Positions 9,346 through 17,883 of a stretch of DNA of 64,000 nucleotides are shown here, piece after piece. The translations under genes and the position numbers were made by a program. Each line of letters begins with the position of its first letter. Position 1 is the first letter of the stretch. The notes beneath the pieces are model-generated. The model had not been told where the DNA came from. It saw nothing but the letters and a program-made list of their open reading frames with translations, and did not search any database. The stretch is from Candidatus Vogelbacteria bacterium (lineage in GTDB: Bacteria; Patescibacteriota; Minisyncoccia; Phycocordibacterales; XYD1-FULL-46-19): positions 78,482 through 142,481 of the forward strand of contig CAIRHC010000007.1 in the NCBI GenBank assembly GCA_903878275.1. The letters run 5' to 3'.

Positions 9346-9757
9346 TAAAAAACTTATAAGTCGAAAAATTACTTTGATCAACGGTGATTTAAAGAGTTTA
9401 AAAGGCTTAAACAAACTTTCACTCAAAATTTATTTAAGCAACGCGGAGTACGAAACACTGGCGGAAAGATATTTAGAAAGAATAATCGGGCGAATGATTG
9501 ATATTAATTATCATATTTTGTCAGAAAAAGAAAATGAAATGCCCACTGATTTTTACAGTTCTTTTGTTCTGTTGGGCAGAAAAAAGTATTTACCGATAAA
9601 ACTAGCTGAAACGATGGCTGGTTCGGCTGGGTTGCGGAATCGTTTGGCTCACGAGTATGATGAAATTGATGCTAAAAAAGTTTTCGGGGCGATCGATTCT
9701 TGCTTAAAAGATGTACCGAAATACCTAAAGAATATTGTTGCATCGCTGGGTTTGTAA
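9335..9757 (+). CDS. HEPN (DUF86/HepT-like) RNase toxin
   Basis: GLRNRLAHEYDEID (Rx4HxY); overlaps the MNT gene. Confidence 0.9.
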   Translation: MPIDKKLISRKITLINGDLKSLKGLNKLSLKIYLSNAEYETLAERYLERIIGRMIDINYHILSEKENEMPTDFYSSFVLLGRKKYLPIKLAETMAGSAGLRNRLAHEYDEIDAKKVFGAIDSCLKDVPKYLKNIVASLGL

Positions 9758-9762
9758 AAAAT

Positions 9763-9790
9763 AACCGCCCGAGGCTTGCCTCGGGCGGTT
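9763..9790. repeat. palindrome family copy 3, loop inverted (TT)
   Basis: AACCGCCCGAGGC-TT-GCCTCGGGCGGTT. Confidence 0.85.
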
Positions 9791-9793
9791 TAG

Positions 9794-9851
9794 TTATCCA
9801 CCATTATTTCCCTAAAATCTATCAGGGGGGGGGGGCTTTATCTGATATACT
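9794..9851 (+). promoter_or_regulatory. promoter with DnaA-box-like site, G11 tract and extended -10
   Basis: TTATCCACC 9794-9802; G11 9825-9835; TG-A-TATACT 9843-9851; near copy of 8172-8229. Confidence 0.65.
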
Positions 9852-9914
9852 GAATAAAATATTCGGCATTTTTAAGTTTTTAAAATTTATTATTAATAAC
9901 TAATTACAAAAATA

Positions 9915-12629
9915 ATGAAAAAATATCTTTTAGGTTTTTTACTCGTCGCTTCTTTGGTGGTGCTTCCGTCGGTGTCTCAAGCTGCTGAAGATTTAACGGT
10001 TACTTTGTATGGTTCGGGTTTGACGAAGGGTGTGGTCGGTGAGCCAGTGGTCCAAACCAGTTTTTCGGTCATGGTCACGCCAAACAACGGTGATGTTTAT
10101 TTGTATACGGGTGGGATATTAGGCATTCAACTTATTCAAGATGGAGGTCGCCCAATGCCCGATAATTGTACTTATAGCCAGAGCCTTACGGGGACATTGC
10201 CTATAGTTACGCATCCTCTAGGAAGCCAATATTATAAACTTGCCAGAGGCACCACTGCTCGTTTCAATGCATCTGTTTATTGTAAGATCAGTCAAATGCA
10301 TCCTGGTACTTATTATGGAAAACTTAGTCACGTAACATATAGCAAGACTGATCCTACGACAACAAACAGTTGGTATGATCAAAATATAGAAAACATCAGG
10401 ACACCAGCATCTATAAATATGTATGTTCTCGGCGAGACTGGTCCGTGGATTAGTTTGGCTGTGGCTAAGGCTGTTCAAGGTGGTTATGAGATTGTTTTAA
10501 CAGGAGAAAGATTGGGTCAGGTAAGAAGCGTGTTCCTGAACAACAAAACATACACTCCCTCAGCCAAACCTGGTGACTCTGTAAGTTTTTTTGCCAGTAT
10601 TGCTGATTTACCTGCCGGTAATTATCCTAGTTATGCTAATTTCTCTGGTGGTAAAAGTAATAATTTTTATCTGATGGTTGGAGGTAGTTCGATTGGAATT
10701 ATTTCACCCAATGGAGGGGAAAATTTAAATGAAGGTTTCGATTATCCTATAAGATGGACAAATTATAATATCACCTCGCCAACCGTTAACGTGGGAATTG
10801 AAAGATATGATAGTTCTGGGGCGTCTCAAGGTTCAACAAATATTATCACTGTCCCAACTACACAAAACAATTCCTATCTTTGGAGGGTTAATCCAAATTT
10901 AGCTTGGCAGGGAACACCGGTGAATCCTTCTTCTGGCCCTTTTAAGTATAAAATTTATGTTAATACTCCAGTCGGTGTTTCCCCAGTTGTTTCTGATTAT
11001 AGTGATAATTATTTTACTATAGCTGCATTAAATCCGACAGCCAAAGTCGCTGTCACCTCCCCAAAAGGAGGAGAGTCATTAGCTCAAGGCTCTACTTATA
11101 ATATTACGTGGAATGCTGCTAGTACTGTCACTAAAGTTGCCATCAGTCTTCTTAAGGGTGATATCGTTCGCTCTACTTCTATTATCAATCCGGTATCAGC
11201 TTCGGCGGGAACTTATGCTTGGAAAGTTGGAAACACCGCAGCGGGAATGATGGAGCCTGGGACTGATTATCGAATCAAAGTTTATGGTGTGACCGATGCC
11301 GGTGTCCCTATTGCGGATGCTAACAGTACCAGTAATTATTTCAGTATTGTGGTATCAGCACCAGCGACCGCTCCCACCATTAATAGTATTACTCCAAACA
11401 CCGCACCGATCGGAACTGCTTCTCGGGTAATCATCCGAGGCTTAAATTTCAGTATCGGTGATACTGTGTATCGTTTTGACGGAGAAATTCAAAGTCAACC
11501 ATTCTGTACTATCGGCGTTAACGCCAATGGGAACTACGACTGTCTTCCTGCTAAACTACCCGCTGGTGCGTACAAGCTTGCGGTGGTAAACTCTCGTGGG
11601 ACGAGCAATAAAGTGGATTTTACTTTTACTCCAGCTACGGCTATACCCACTCTTTCTGTGTCGCTAGATCCTTCTAACCCAACCAGACAAAACATCGGTG
11701 CGGGATCTATTGATCAAGTTTTTGTTAGAATTAAAGTTACCGCCGGATCGATGGATGTTAATAATCTTCAAGGAATCCAACTTGGTTCAGATTCTGCTAA
11801 TGCCAATGATTTTATAACCAACATAAAAGTTTTTGATGGGGCAAATCAGTTGGGTGGAACCATCTCTGGGTTGGACAATAATGGAAAAATTTTTTATAAA
11901 TGGACTTATCCTACTGGCGTAATGATTCCAGCTGGTACCTCTAAGATTCTGACCATTGTCGCCGAAGTGAAATCGACAGCTTCTAGCAATAGCAATTTTC
12001 GTTTAGGTATAACTGGCTGGAATTTTGTTTTTCCGGGGACTGCTGTGGAGCCGTTCGGGACACCGATATATGGTAATTATATGACGATAACGGCTTTGAC
12101 AGATCAGCCGACAATCACCGCAGTAGCAATGGCTTTACCAAATTGTTCTCTTGGTGCGATCAACTGTACTTGGCAGGCGGGGACAGATGGATATTATCTT
12201 TGGGGTTACCTTAATCCTAATACTCCGACCGGTAATACCGTCTCGGTTAGTCTTTGTGCCCCAGACGGAATAACCTGTACGATAGCAAAAGATGCTTCAC
12301 TTAAGGATCTCAACAAAGTACCGTCAAAAACTGGAACCGGATTAGGTAACCTGAATTCTGATAAGGCACCGCTTGGTCGTGGTGTTTTAACCAACCCAGA
12401 TCTGGTGGGAGGGAAGAATCCTGTTATCGTCAATAATCAGTCAACCTTAAAAATCTGCCCAACCAATGCCGACGGTTCGCCTGTGACTAGTGGTATTTGC
12501 AAGGTTAGTCCGGTTTTTACCATTACTCCGCCAGCTACCGCTAGTAATTCTCTGGTGAGTCGACAGTTGGCAAGTATTATTACAGTTTTGTCGGATTTAT
12601 TGGCGAAGATTCGGGGATTGGCTTGGTAA
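9915..12629 (+). CDS. large secreted Ig-like/IPT-TIG multidomain surface protein (904 aa)
   Basis: Signal peptide; SPNGGE/SPKGGE...YxIxW modules; PTINSITP IPT module; C-terminal QLASIITVLSDLL helix. Confidence 0.8.
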   Translation: MKKYLLGFLLVASLVVLPSVSQAAEDLTVTLYGSGLTKGVVGEPVVQTSFSVMVTPNNGDVYLYTGGILGIQLIQDGGRPMPDNCTYSQSLTGTLPIVTHPLGSQYYKLARGTTARFNASVYCKISQMHPGTYYGKLSHVTYSKTDPTTTNSWYDQNIENIRTPASINMYVLGETGPWISLAVAKAVQGGYEIVLTGERLGQVRSVFLNNKTYTPSAKPGDSVSFFASIADLPAGNYPSYANFSGGKSNNFYLMVGGSSIGIISPNGGENLNEGFDYPIRWTNYNITSPTVNVGIERYDSSGASQGSTNIITVPTTQNNSYLWRVNPNLAWQGTPVNPSSGPFKYKIYVNTPVGVSPVVSDYSDNYFTIAALNPTAKVAVTSPKGGESLAQGSTYNITWNAASTVTKVAISLLKGDIVRSTSIINPVSASAGTYAWKVGNTAAGMMEPGTDYRIKVYGVTDAGVPIADANSTSNYFSIVVSAPATAPTINSITPNTAPIGTASRVIIRGLNFSIGDTVYRFDGEIQSQPFCTIGVNANGNYDCLPAKLPAGAYKLAVVNSRGTSNKVDFTFTPATAIPTLSVSLDPSNPTRQNIGAGSIDQVFVRIKVTAGSMDVNNLQGIQLGSDSANANDFITNIKVFDGANQLGGTISGLDNNGKIFYKWTYPTGVMIPAGTSKILTIVAEVKSTASSNSNFRLGITGWNFVFPGTAVEPFGTPIYGNYMTITALTDQPTITAVAMALPNCSLGAINCTWQAGTDGYYLWGYLNPNTPTGNTVSVSLCAPDGITCTIAKDASLKDLNKVPSKTGTGLGNLNSDKAPLGRGVLTNPDLVGGKNPVIVNNQSTLKICPTNADGSPVTSGICKVSPVFTITPPATASNSLVSRQLASIITVLSDLLAKIRGLAW

Positions 12630-12653
12630 GAAAAATATAGATTAAGAAACGGG

Positions 12654-12687
12654 AAAACCCCGCCGAGGCAAGCCTCGGCGGGGTTTT
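12654..12687. terminator. palindrome family copy 4, terminator-like
   Basis: AAAACCCCGCCGAGGC-AA-GCCTCGGCGGGGTTTT. Confidence 0.8.
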
Positions 12688-12720
12688 GCTTTTTGGTTAT
12701 GTTGGCGTTATGATTAGGAA

Positions 12721-13326
12721 ATGGAAAATCTCAAAACCTTTATTTTTATTGGTCGGTCGGGAAGTGGCAAGGGCACTCAAGCCGAGCTTCTTGTAAATCA
12801 CTTCAAAGAAACCGGTGTGATCAATGACCAAAATCCACTTTTTTACCTAGAGACCGGTCATCAGTTTCGTGAATTTATTACCAGCACTAGTCATACTGGG
12901 CGCTTGGCAAAAGCCGTGATGGATAAGGCAGAGCGCCAGCCGGATTTTTTGGCAGTGTGGTTGTGGTCGCATATGTTTGTGGAAAATATTGTCGGTGATG
13001 AGCATTTGTTTTTGGATGGCACACCACGTTCACTTAATGAAGCGCGAACTCTCGACACAGCGATGACTTTTTATAGCCGAAAAAATATTTGTGTTGTTTA
13101 TTTGGACGTCTCACGTGAAGAATCAAAACGGCGAATGGAAGAGCGTAGTCGGGCTGATGATAAAAAAGTTTCGGATATTGAAACTCGCCTGAATTGGTTT
13201 GATACCGATGTCTTGCCGGCGGTAAAATTCTACGAAGATAATTCCCGTTATCATTTTTTGAAAATAAATGGCGAACAGACACGAGAGAAAATTCACGAAG
13301 ATATCGTTTCGGCGTTGCCAAAATAA
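12721..13326 (+). CDS. adk: adenylate kinase
   Basis: P-loop GRSGSGKGTQA, LDGTPR, RADD; precedes map; TTGCTT-17-TATGAT promoter 6 nt before ATG. Confidence 0.9.
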   Translation: MENLKTFIFIGRSGSGKGTQAELLVNHFKETGVINDQNPLFYLETGHQFREFITSTSHTGRLAKAVMDKAERQPDFLAVWLWSHMFVENIVGDEHLFLDGTPRSLNEARTLDTAMTFYSRKNICVVYLDVSREESKRRMEERSRADDKKVSDIETRLNWFDTDVLPAVKFYEDNSRYHFLKINGEQTREKIHEDIVSALPK

Positions 13327-13331
13327 AATTT

Positions 13332-14096
13332 ATGATTAAATTAAAAACTCCCGAACAGATAGAAATTTTGCGGGCTGGAGGCGAAAGATTGGCTAAGATT
13401 TTGGCGACGGTGGCGCGCGAAGTCAAAGCTGGCGTGGAAACTCGAGCACTTGACGATTTGGCGCAAAAACTTATTTTGGCGGGAGGTGATAAGCCCGCTT
13501 TTTTGAATTACCGACCAGCTGGGTCACGTCTGGCCTATCCAGCCTCTCTTTGTGTTTCGATCAACGAAGAAATTGTTCACGGCATTCCGAGTAATCGGAA
13601 AATTGCCGACAGTGATGTGGTAAGTATCGACCTTGGTCTGATTCACAATGGAATGTACACCGATATGGCAGTGACAGTGGCTGTGGGCGAGGTAGATAAA
13701 ATAAAAAAGAAAATGATTGAAGTGGCGCGCGAGGCTCTGAACGTGGGAATTAAAGAGGCAAAAATTGGGGGACATATCGGTGATATTAGTCAGGCAATCG
13801 AAGATTTTATTATCGGTCAAGGTTTCGATGTTGTCTTAGACTTGGCTGGTCACGGTGTCGGTTTCCAAGCCCACGAAGATCCGTTTATTCCCAATTATGG
13901 TAAAAAAGGTAAAGGGGAAAAAATCGAAGAAGGTTTGGTTTTGGCGATTGAGCCGATGGTGACACTCGGTGATGGAAAAATAAAACTGGAAAAAGATGGT
14001 TTTACTTTTACGACTCGCAACAAAGAATGGTGCGCGCATTTTGAGCATACGATTGCTGTTACCAAAAATGGTCCAAAAATTTTAACAAAATTATAA
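13332..14096 (+). CDS. map: type I methionine aminopeptidase
   Basis: SINEEIVHGIP, DLG, GHGVG, AIEPM, AHFEHTI. Confidence 0.98.
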   Translation: MIKLKTPEQIEILRAGGERLAKILATVAREVKAGVETRALDDLAQKLILAGGDKPAFLNYRPAGSRLAYPASLCVSINEEIVHGIPSNRKIADSDVVSIDLGLIHNGMYTDMAVTVAVGEVDKIKKKMIEVAREALNVGIKEAKIGGHIGDISQAIEDFIIGQGFDVVLDLAGHGVGFQAHEDPFIPNYGKKGKGEKIEEGLVLAIEPMVTLGDGKIKLEKDGFTFTTRNKEWCAHFEHTIAVTKNGPKILTKL

Positions 14097-14112
14097 GGAT
14101 TAAACTTGCTTA

Positions 14113-14140
14113 CCGGAATTTTGCCCAGGCAAAATTCCGG
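14113..14140. repeat. palindrome of the CCGG-AATTTT-GC family
   Basis: CCGGAATTTTGCC-CA-GGCAAAATTCCGG; relatives at 50845, 51481, 53672, 53768, 54369, 55184, 55759. Confidence 0.8.
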
Positions 14141-14156
14141 CAGGTTAAATATTATT

Positions 14157-14714
14157 ATGATAAAAGAAGAACAAACACTGATTGTCGTCAAACCCGATGG
14201 CGTCAATCGTGGTCTGGTCGGGGAAATCATTGCTCGTTTTGAAAAAGCTAGGTTCAAAATTATAGCGTTGAAGATGGTCGAAGTCGAAAAAACTTTAGTG
14301 CAAAAACACTACAACCACGACGACGCTTGGATGGAAAAAGTCGGCGAGCGGACGCGGGAATTTTACGAAAAACATGGCGAAGACGAGGGTGAGAAAATTG
14401 GCAAGATGACAAATAAAGAAATTGGTAAGATGATTGAAGATTGGAGTTGCGACTATATGACAGACGGTCGAGTAGTAGCGGTGGTCTTGCAAGGTCACAA
14501 TGCCATTCAAACGGTCCGTAAAATGGTTGGCGCCACTTATCCGAGCGAAGCTTTGCCGGGAACCGTCCGTGGTGATTATTCAAACGAATCACCCCTCTCC
14601 GCCAACATCAACAAACGTTGTGCCCACAATATCATTCACGCCTCCGGCAATCCCGAAGAAGCCAAATTCGAAATTGACCTATGGTTTAAAAATGAAGAAA
14701 TTTGCCAGAAGTAA
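14157..14714 (+). CDS. ndk: nucleoside diphosphate kinase
   Basis: ATG 14157; KPDGVNRGLVGEII, PGTVRGDY, NIIHAS. Confidence 0.96.
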   Translation: MIKEEQTLIVVKPDGVNRGLVGEIIARFEKARFKIIALKMVEVEKTLVQKHYNHDDAWMEKVGERTREFYEKHGEDEGEKIGKMTNKEIGKMIEDWSCDYMTDGRVVAVVLQGHNAIQTVRKMVGATYPSEALPGTVRGDYSNESPLSANINKRCAHNIIHASGNPEEAKFEIDLWFKNEEICQK

Positions 14715-14736
14715 AAGGTTTGAATTATAATAAAGG

Positions 14737-14898
14737 GTAGATCGTTTGATATAGTATTTCTAGCACAAATCATTTTTAACGGGAGTTTAATTATTACGAC
14801 TGGCTTTGGTCATATCGTTTAGAACACCCACTTGGATTTCCTCTAGGAAATACTATTATCAAACGATCTAACAAAAAAGTCACTACGGTGGCTTTTTT
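14737..14898 (+). ncRNA. candidate rod-shaped small RNA (6S-like)
   Basis: TTGCCA-18-TATAAT promoter (14702-14731); ~26-bp closing stem 14738-14763/14843-14870 with internal bubbles; terminator 14872-14899; no ORF. Confidence 0.55.
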
Positions 14899-14931
14899 GC
14901 TTCTTCGCTGGTTTTTCGTTAGACTTAATGT

Positions 14932-15372
14932 ATGATTTTGAAAGTTTTTATTGGTCTCGAAGCTGTTATTCTTCCGCTACTCGGTATTTTAAACTATCTG
15001 GCGTTTAAGAATTATTGGTATTGGCGCTTTCGCTGGTTTGATCAGCCGATGCATTTTCTTGGCGGGCTAGCCTTGGGGCTTTTTGGAATAATCATCTATT
15101 TGTATTTTTTCAGAAACAAAACCGGAACAAAAAAAATCGATTGGAAAATGTGGCTTGTTGGTTTGTTTCCCGTCGCGCTTGTTGGTATAATATGGGAAGG
15201 TCTGGAATTTAAAGCTGATAAAATTCATTTGGCGAATGTTTATTTTAAAACTTTCGGAATGGTTTATCACGGACTTGCCGAATCGCTAAAAGATCTCTTA
15301 TTTAATTTGATTGGGGCTTTAACGGCGATTCTATTATTTTTAATCATTACTTTATGCAAGAAAAAAAACTAA
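14932..15372 (+). CDS. 4-TM membrane protein (VanZ/DUF2238-like)
   Basis: WFDQPMHFLGG, GIIWEGLEF, DLLFNLIG; hydrophobic segments. Confidence 0.7.
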   Translation: MILKVFIGLEAVILPLLGILNYLAFKNYWYWRFRWFDQPMHFLGGLALGLFGIIIYLYFFRNKTGTKKIDWKMWLVGLFPVALVGIIWEGLEFKADKIHLANVYFKTFGMVYHGLAESLKDLLFNLIGALTAILLFLIITLCKKKN

Positions 15373-16718
15373 AAATTACTTTTTGTGGTGGTGTCGGAGA
15401 GGTGACCGGCGCCAATTTTTTACTCGAAGCCGAAGGTCTACCCAAGATGCTTGTCGATTGTGGTTTGTTTCAGGCGGGCAAAACTTTTGAAGATAAAAAT
15501 AAAGATGATTTTTCGTATAATCCGTCAGAAGTGGAATATCTTTTTGTTACTCACGCGCACCTGGATCATATCGGGCGTATTCCGTTTTTAGTCCGCAAAG
15601 GCTTCCGCGGTAAAATTTACTCGACGCCACCGACCAGAGAGATCGCCGAATATGCCCTGATGGACAGCTTGCATTTGCTTCAAAAAGAAAACGATGGCGG
15701 GGAACCTTTTTTTGATGAAAAAGATGTAAAGCAGACAATGTCGCAATGGGAGACTGTCGGCTATCACGAGCCGATTAAAATTGGTGATTTGGTGGTTGTG
15801 ATGCGAGATGCCGGGCACATCTTAGGTTCGACAATGTATGAGTTTAATTTAAATGGTAAAAAATTAGTGTTTACTGGTGACCTCGGTAATTCACCTTCAC
15901 CGCTTTTGAAAGATACCGAACAAATTACCGACGCTGATTATCTGGTGATGGAAAGTGTCTATGGTGATCGCAATCACGAAGATCGCGCCCAACGCAAAAA
16001 TATTTTGGAAGATGTGATCGAAGATACTGTCCGTTCCAATGGTACCTTGATGATTCCGGCTTTTTCGATCGAGCGAACTCAAGAAATTTTATATGAAATC
16101 GAGGGGATGATGCAAAGCTCGCGGATTCCATTGGTGCCGGTCTTTCTTGATTCTCCTCTTGGTATCGAAATCACGGCGGTCTACAAAAAATACGCCGATT
16201 ACTTAAATGATGAGGTGCGAAAATTGATAAAAAGTGGTGATGAGATTTTCCAATTTCCGCAATTACACAAGACCTTAAGTACCGCCGAATCCAAAGCGAT
16301 TTTTAATGGCAACCCTAAAAAAATAATTATTGCTGGCTCGGGAATGTCCACTGGTGGGCGGATTTTGCACCACGAACGACATTATTTGGGTGACAAAAAT
16401 AGCACTTTACTTTTGATCGGTTATCAGGCGGTCGGTAGTTTGGGTCGAGTTATTCAAGATGGCGCCCGGACCGTGAAAATTATGGGCGAAGAGATCGCGG
16501 TTAATGCCAAAGTCGCAAACATTCACGGCTACTCGTCTCACAAAGATTCTGATCATTTGCTCGAATTTGTTCGCGACACCGCCGATACTGTGAAAAAAGT
16601 TTTTGTTTTAATGGGCGAACCGAAAGCGTCATTGTTTTTGGTTCAGCGTCTGCGAGATTATCTCGGAGTTGATAGCTTGGTGCCTGCCGAGGGGCAATCG
16701 ATCGAAATAAGTTTCTAA
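15354..16718 (+). CDS. MBL-fold beta-CASP ribonuclease
   Basis: VDCG, THAHLDHIG, AGHILG, FTGD, ESVYG, SGM, YSSHKD. Confidence 0.93.
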   Translation: MQEKKLKITFCGGVGEVTGANFLLEAEGLPKMLVDCGLFQAGKTFEDKNKDDFSYNPSEVEYLFVTHAHLDHIGRIPFLVRKGFRGKIYSTPPTREIAEYALMDSLHLLQKENDGGEPFFDEKDVKQTMSQWETVGYHEPIKIGDLVVVMRDAGHILGSTMYEFNLNGKKLVFTGDLGNSPSPLLKDTEQITDADYLVMESVYGDRNHEDRAQRKNILEDVIEDTVRSNGTLMIPAFSIERTQEILYEIEGMMQSSRIPLVPVFLDSPLGIEITAVYKKYADYLNDEVRKLIKSGDEIFQFPQLHKTLSTAESKAIFNGNPKKIIIAGSGMSTGGRILHHERHYLGDKNSTLLLIGYQAVGSLGRVIQDGARTVKIMGEEIAVNAKVANIHGYSSHKDSDHLLEFVRDTADTVKKVFVLMGEPKASLFLVQRLRDYLGVDSLVPAEGQSIEISF

Positions 16719-16742
16719 ATAATGCAAAATTGAAAAATCAAA

Positions 16743-17135
16743 ATGGAAAATGACAAGGCAAAATGTCAAAATGATAAAGAAAAATTCAAAAACGAGTTTA
16801 AAAGAAGAATTTATAGTTGGGTATTGAGATTAATAAAGTTCATTGATTGCTTACCTAAGAATCAGAGCGCTAATGTCATAGGCAAACAATTGATAAGAAG
16901 TGGAACAAGTATTTTAGCTAATTACGTTTAGGCAAATTCTGCTAGCTCAAAGAAAGATTTTATAAATTTTTTTACTTACTCATTAAAATCAGCTAACGAA
17001 TCAAAAGTCTGGATATCCCTACTTAAAGATACTGGTCAAGGAGAGATAAATGAGTTAGAGTATTTATTGAAAGAGCTGGTTGAAATATCAAATGTGGTGG
17101 CGAGTAGCATATTAACAATGAAAGGGCGTAAGTAA
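16743..17135 (+). pseudogene. four-helix-bundle (23S rRNA-IVP-like) gene with premature TAG
   Basis: KQLIRSGTSILANYV*ANSASSKKDFINF..SANESKVW; TAG 16929-16931 where Glu is expected; frame continues to TAA 17133-17135; ~30-bp inverted flanks 16726-16755/17153-17182. Confidence 0.85.
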
Positions 17136-17194
17136 TTTTATAATTTTGTAAATGTCATTTTTCATTTTGATTTTTACATTTTAAATTAATAAAT

Positions 17195-17800
17195 ATGAAT
17201 GATCTAAGAAACGAACATTTGAAAATAAAAATCTGTATTTCAGGTGCTGCCGACACAACCTTTTGTGGTGATGGTGCTTTGGAAATTGCCAAAGAGCTCG
17301 GTCGGGAGATTGCTCGGCAAGGGGCGACGATTGTGACCGGTGCCACGACTGGTTGGCCACTGTGGTCAGCAATGGGGGCTAAGGAAGAAGGGGGAATGTC
17401 TATTGGTTTGTCGCCCGCGGCGACCGAAAAAGAACACGTCGAGCAGTGGGGCTTACCGCTTGATTATCAAGATGTCATTATTTATACAGGGCAAGGCTTC
17501 CCCGGGCGAGATATTTTGCTGACTCGCACTTCCGATGCGGTGATTCTGGGTTGTGGTCGGATTGGCACGATTCACGAATTTACGGTGTCGTTTGAAGACG
17601 GCAAGCCGATCGGCATTTTGGAAGGTGCTTGGGAAATGGACGATACGTTAAAAGAAATTATTGCCCACGGTCATCGTCCAAATGATAAAATTATTTTTGA
17701 TAAAGATCCCAAAAAACTAGTGGAAAGAATTATCGAAATGGTTAAAAAAGACAAAGAGGCACTTGATAAAAAACCAGTTCAAACTTCAGCAGAAAAGTAA
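17195..17800 (+). CDS. LOG/SLOG-family (TIGR00725-like) protein
   Basis: ICISGAA, TGATTG, GRIGTIHE. Confidence 0.85.
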   Translation: MNDLRNEHLKIKICISGAADTTFCGDGALEIAKELGREIARQGATIVTGATTGWPLWSAMGAKEEGGMSIGLSPAATEKEHVEQWGLPLDYQDVIIYTGQGFPGRDILLTRTSDAVILGCGRIGTIHEFTVSFEDGKPIGILEGAWEMDDTLKEIIAHGHRPNDKIIFDKDPKKLVERIIEMVKKDKEALDKKPVQTSAEK

Positions 17801-17883
17801 AGCTAACTAAATTTTACCTGTTGGTGGCGGTTGTGATATACTTAAACAAGTTTTTATTATCAATTATTAATTAATTTAAATAA

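Noticed and set aside
16929-16931. Stop-codon reassignment or read-through (TAG here, TAA at 25722-25724)
   Set aside because: The two internal stops are different codons, and TAA, TAG (rplV, secY) and TGA (pilB) all end conserved genes normally. Nonsense mutation or sequencing error is simpler.
16743-17135. Diversity-generating retroelement (Avd-like gene)
   Set aside because: No reverse transcriptase in the window, and the near-duplicate modules I compared do not differ specifically at adenines.
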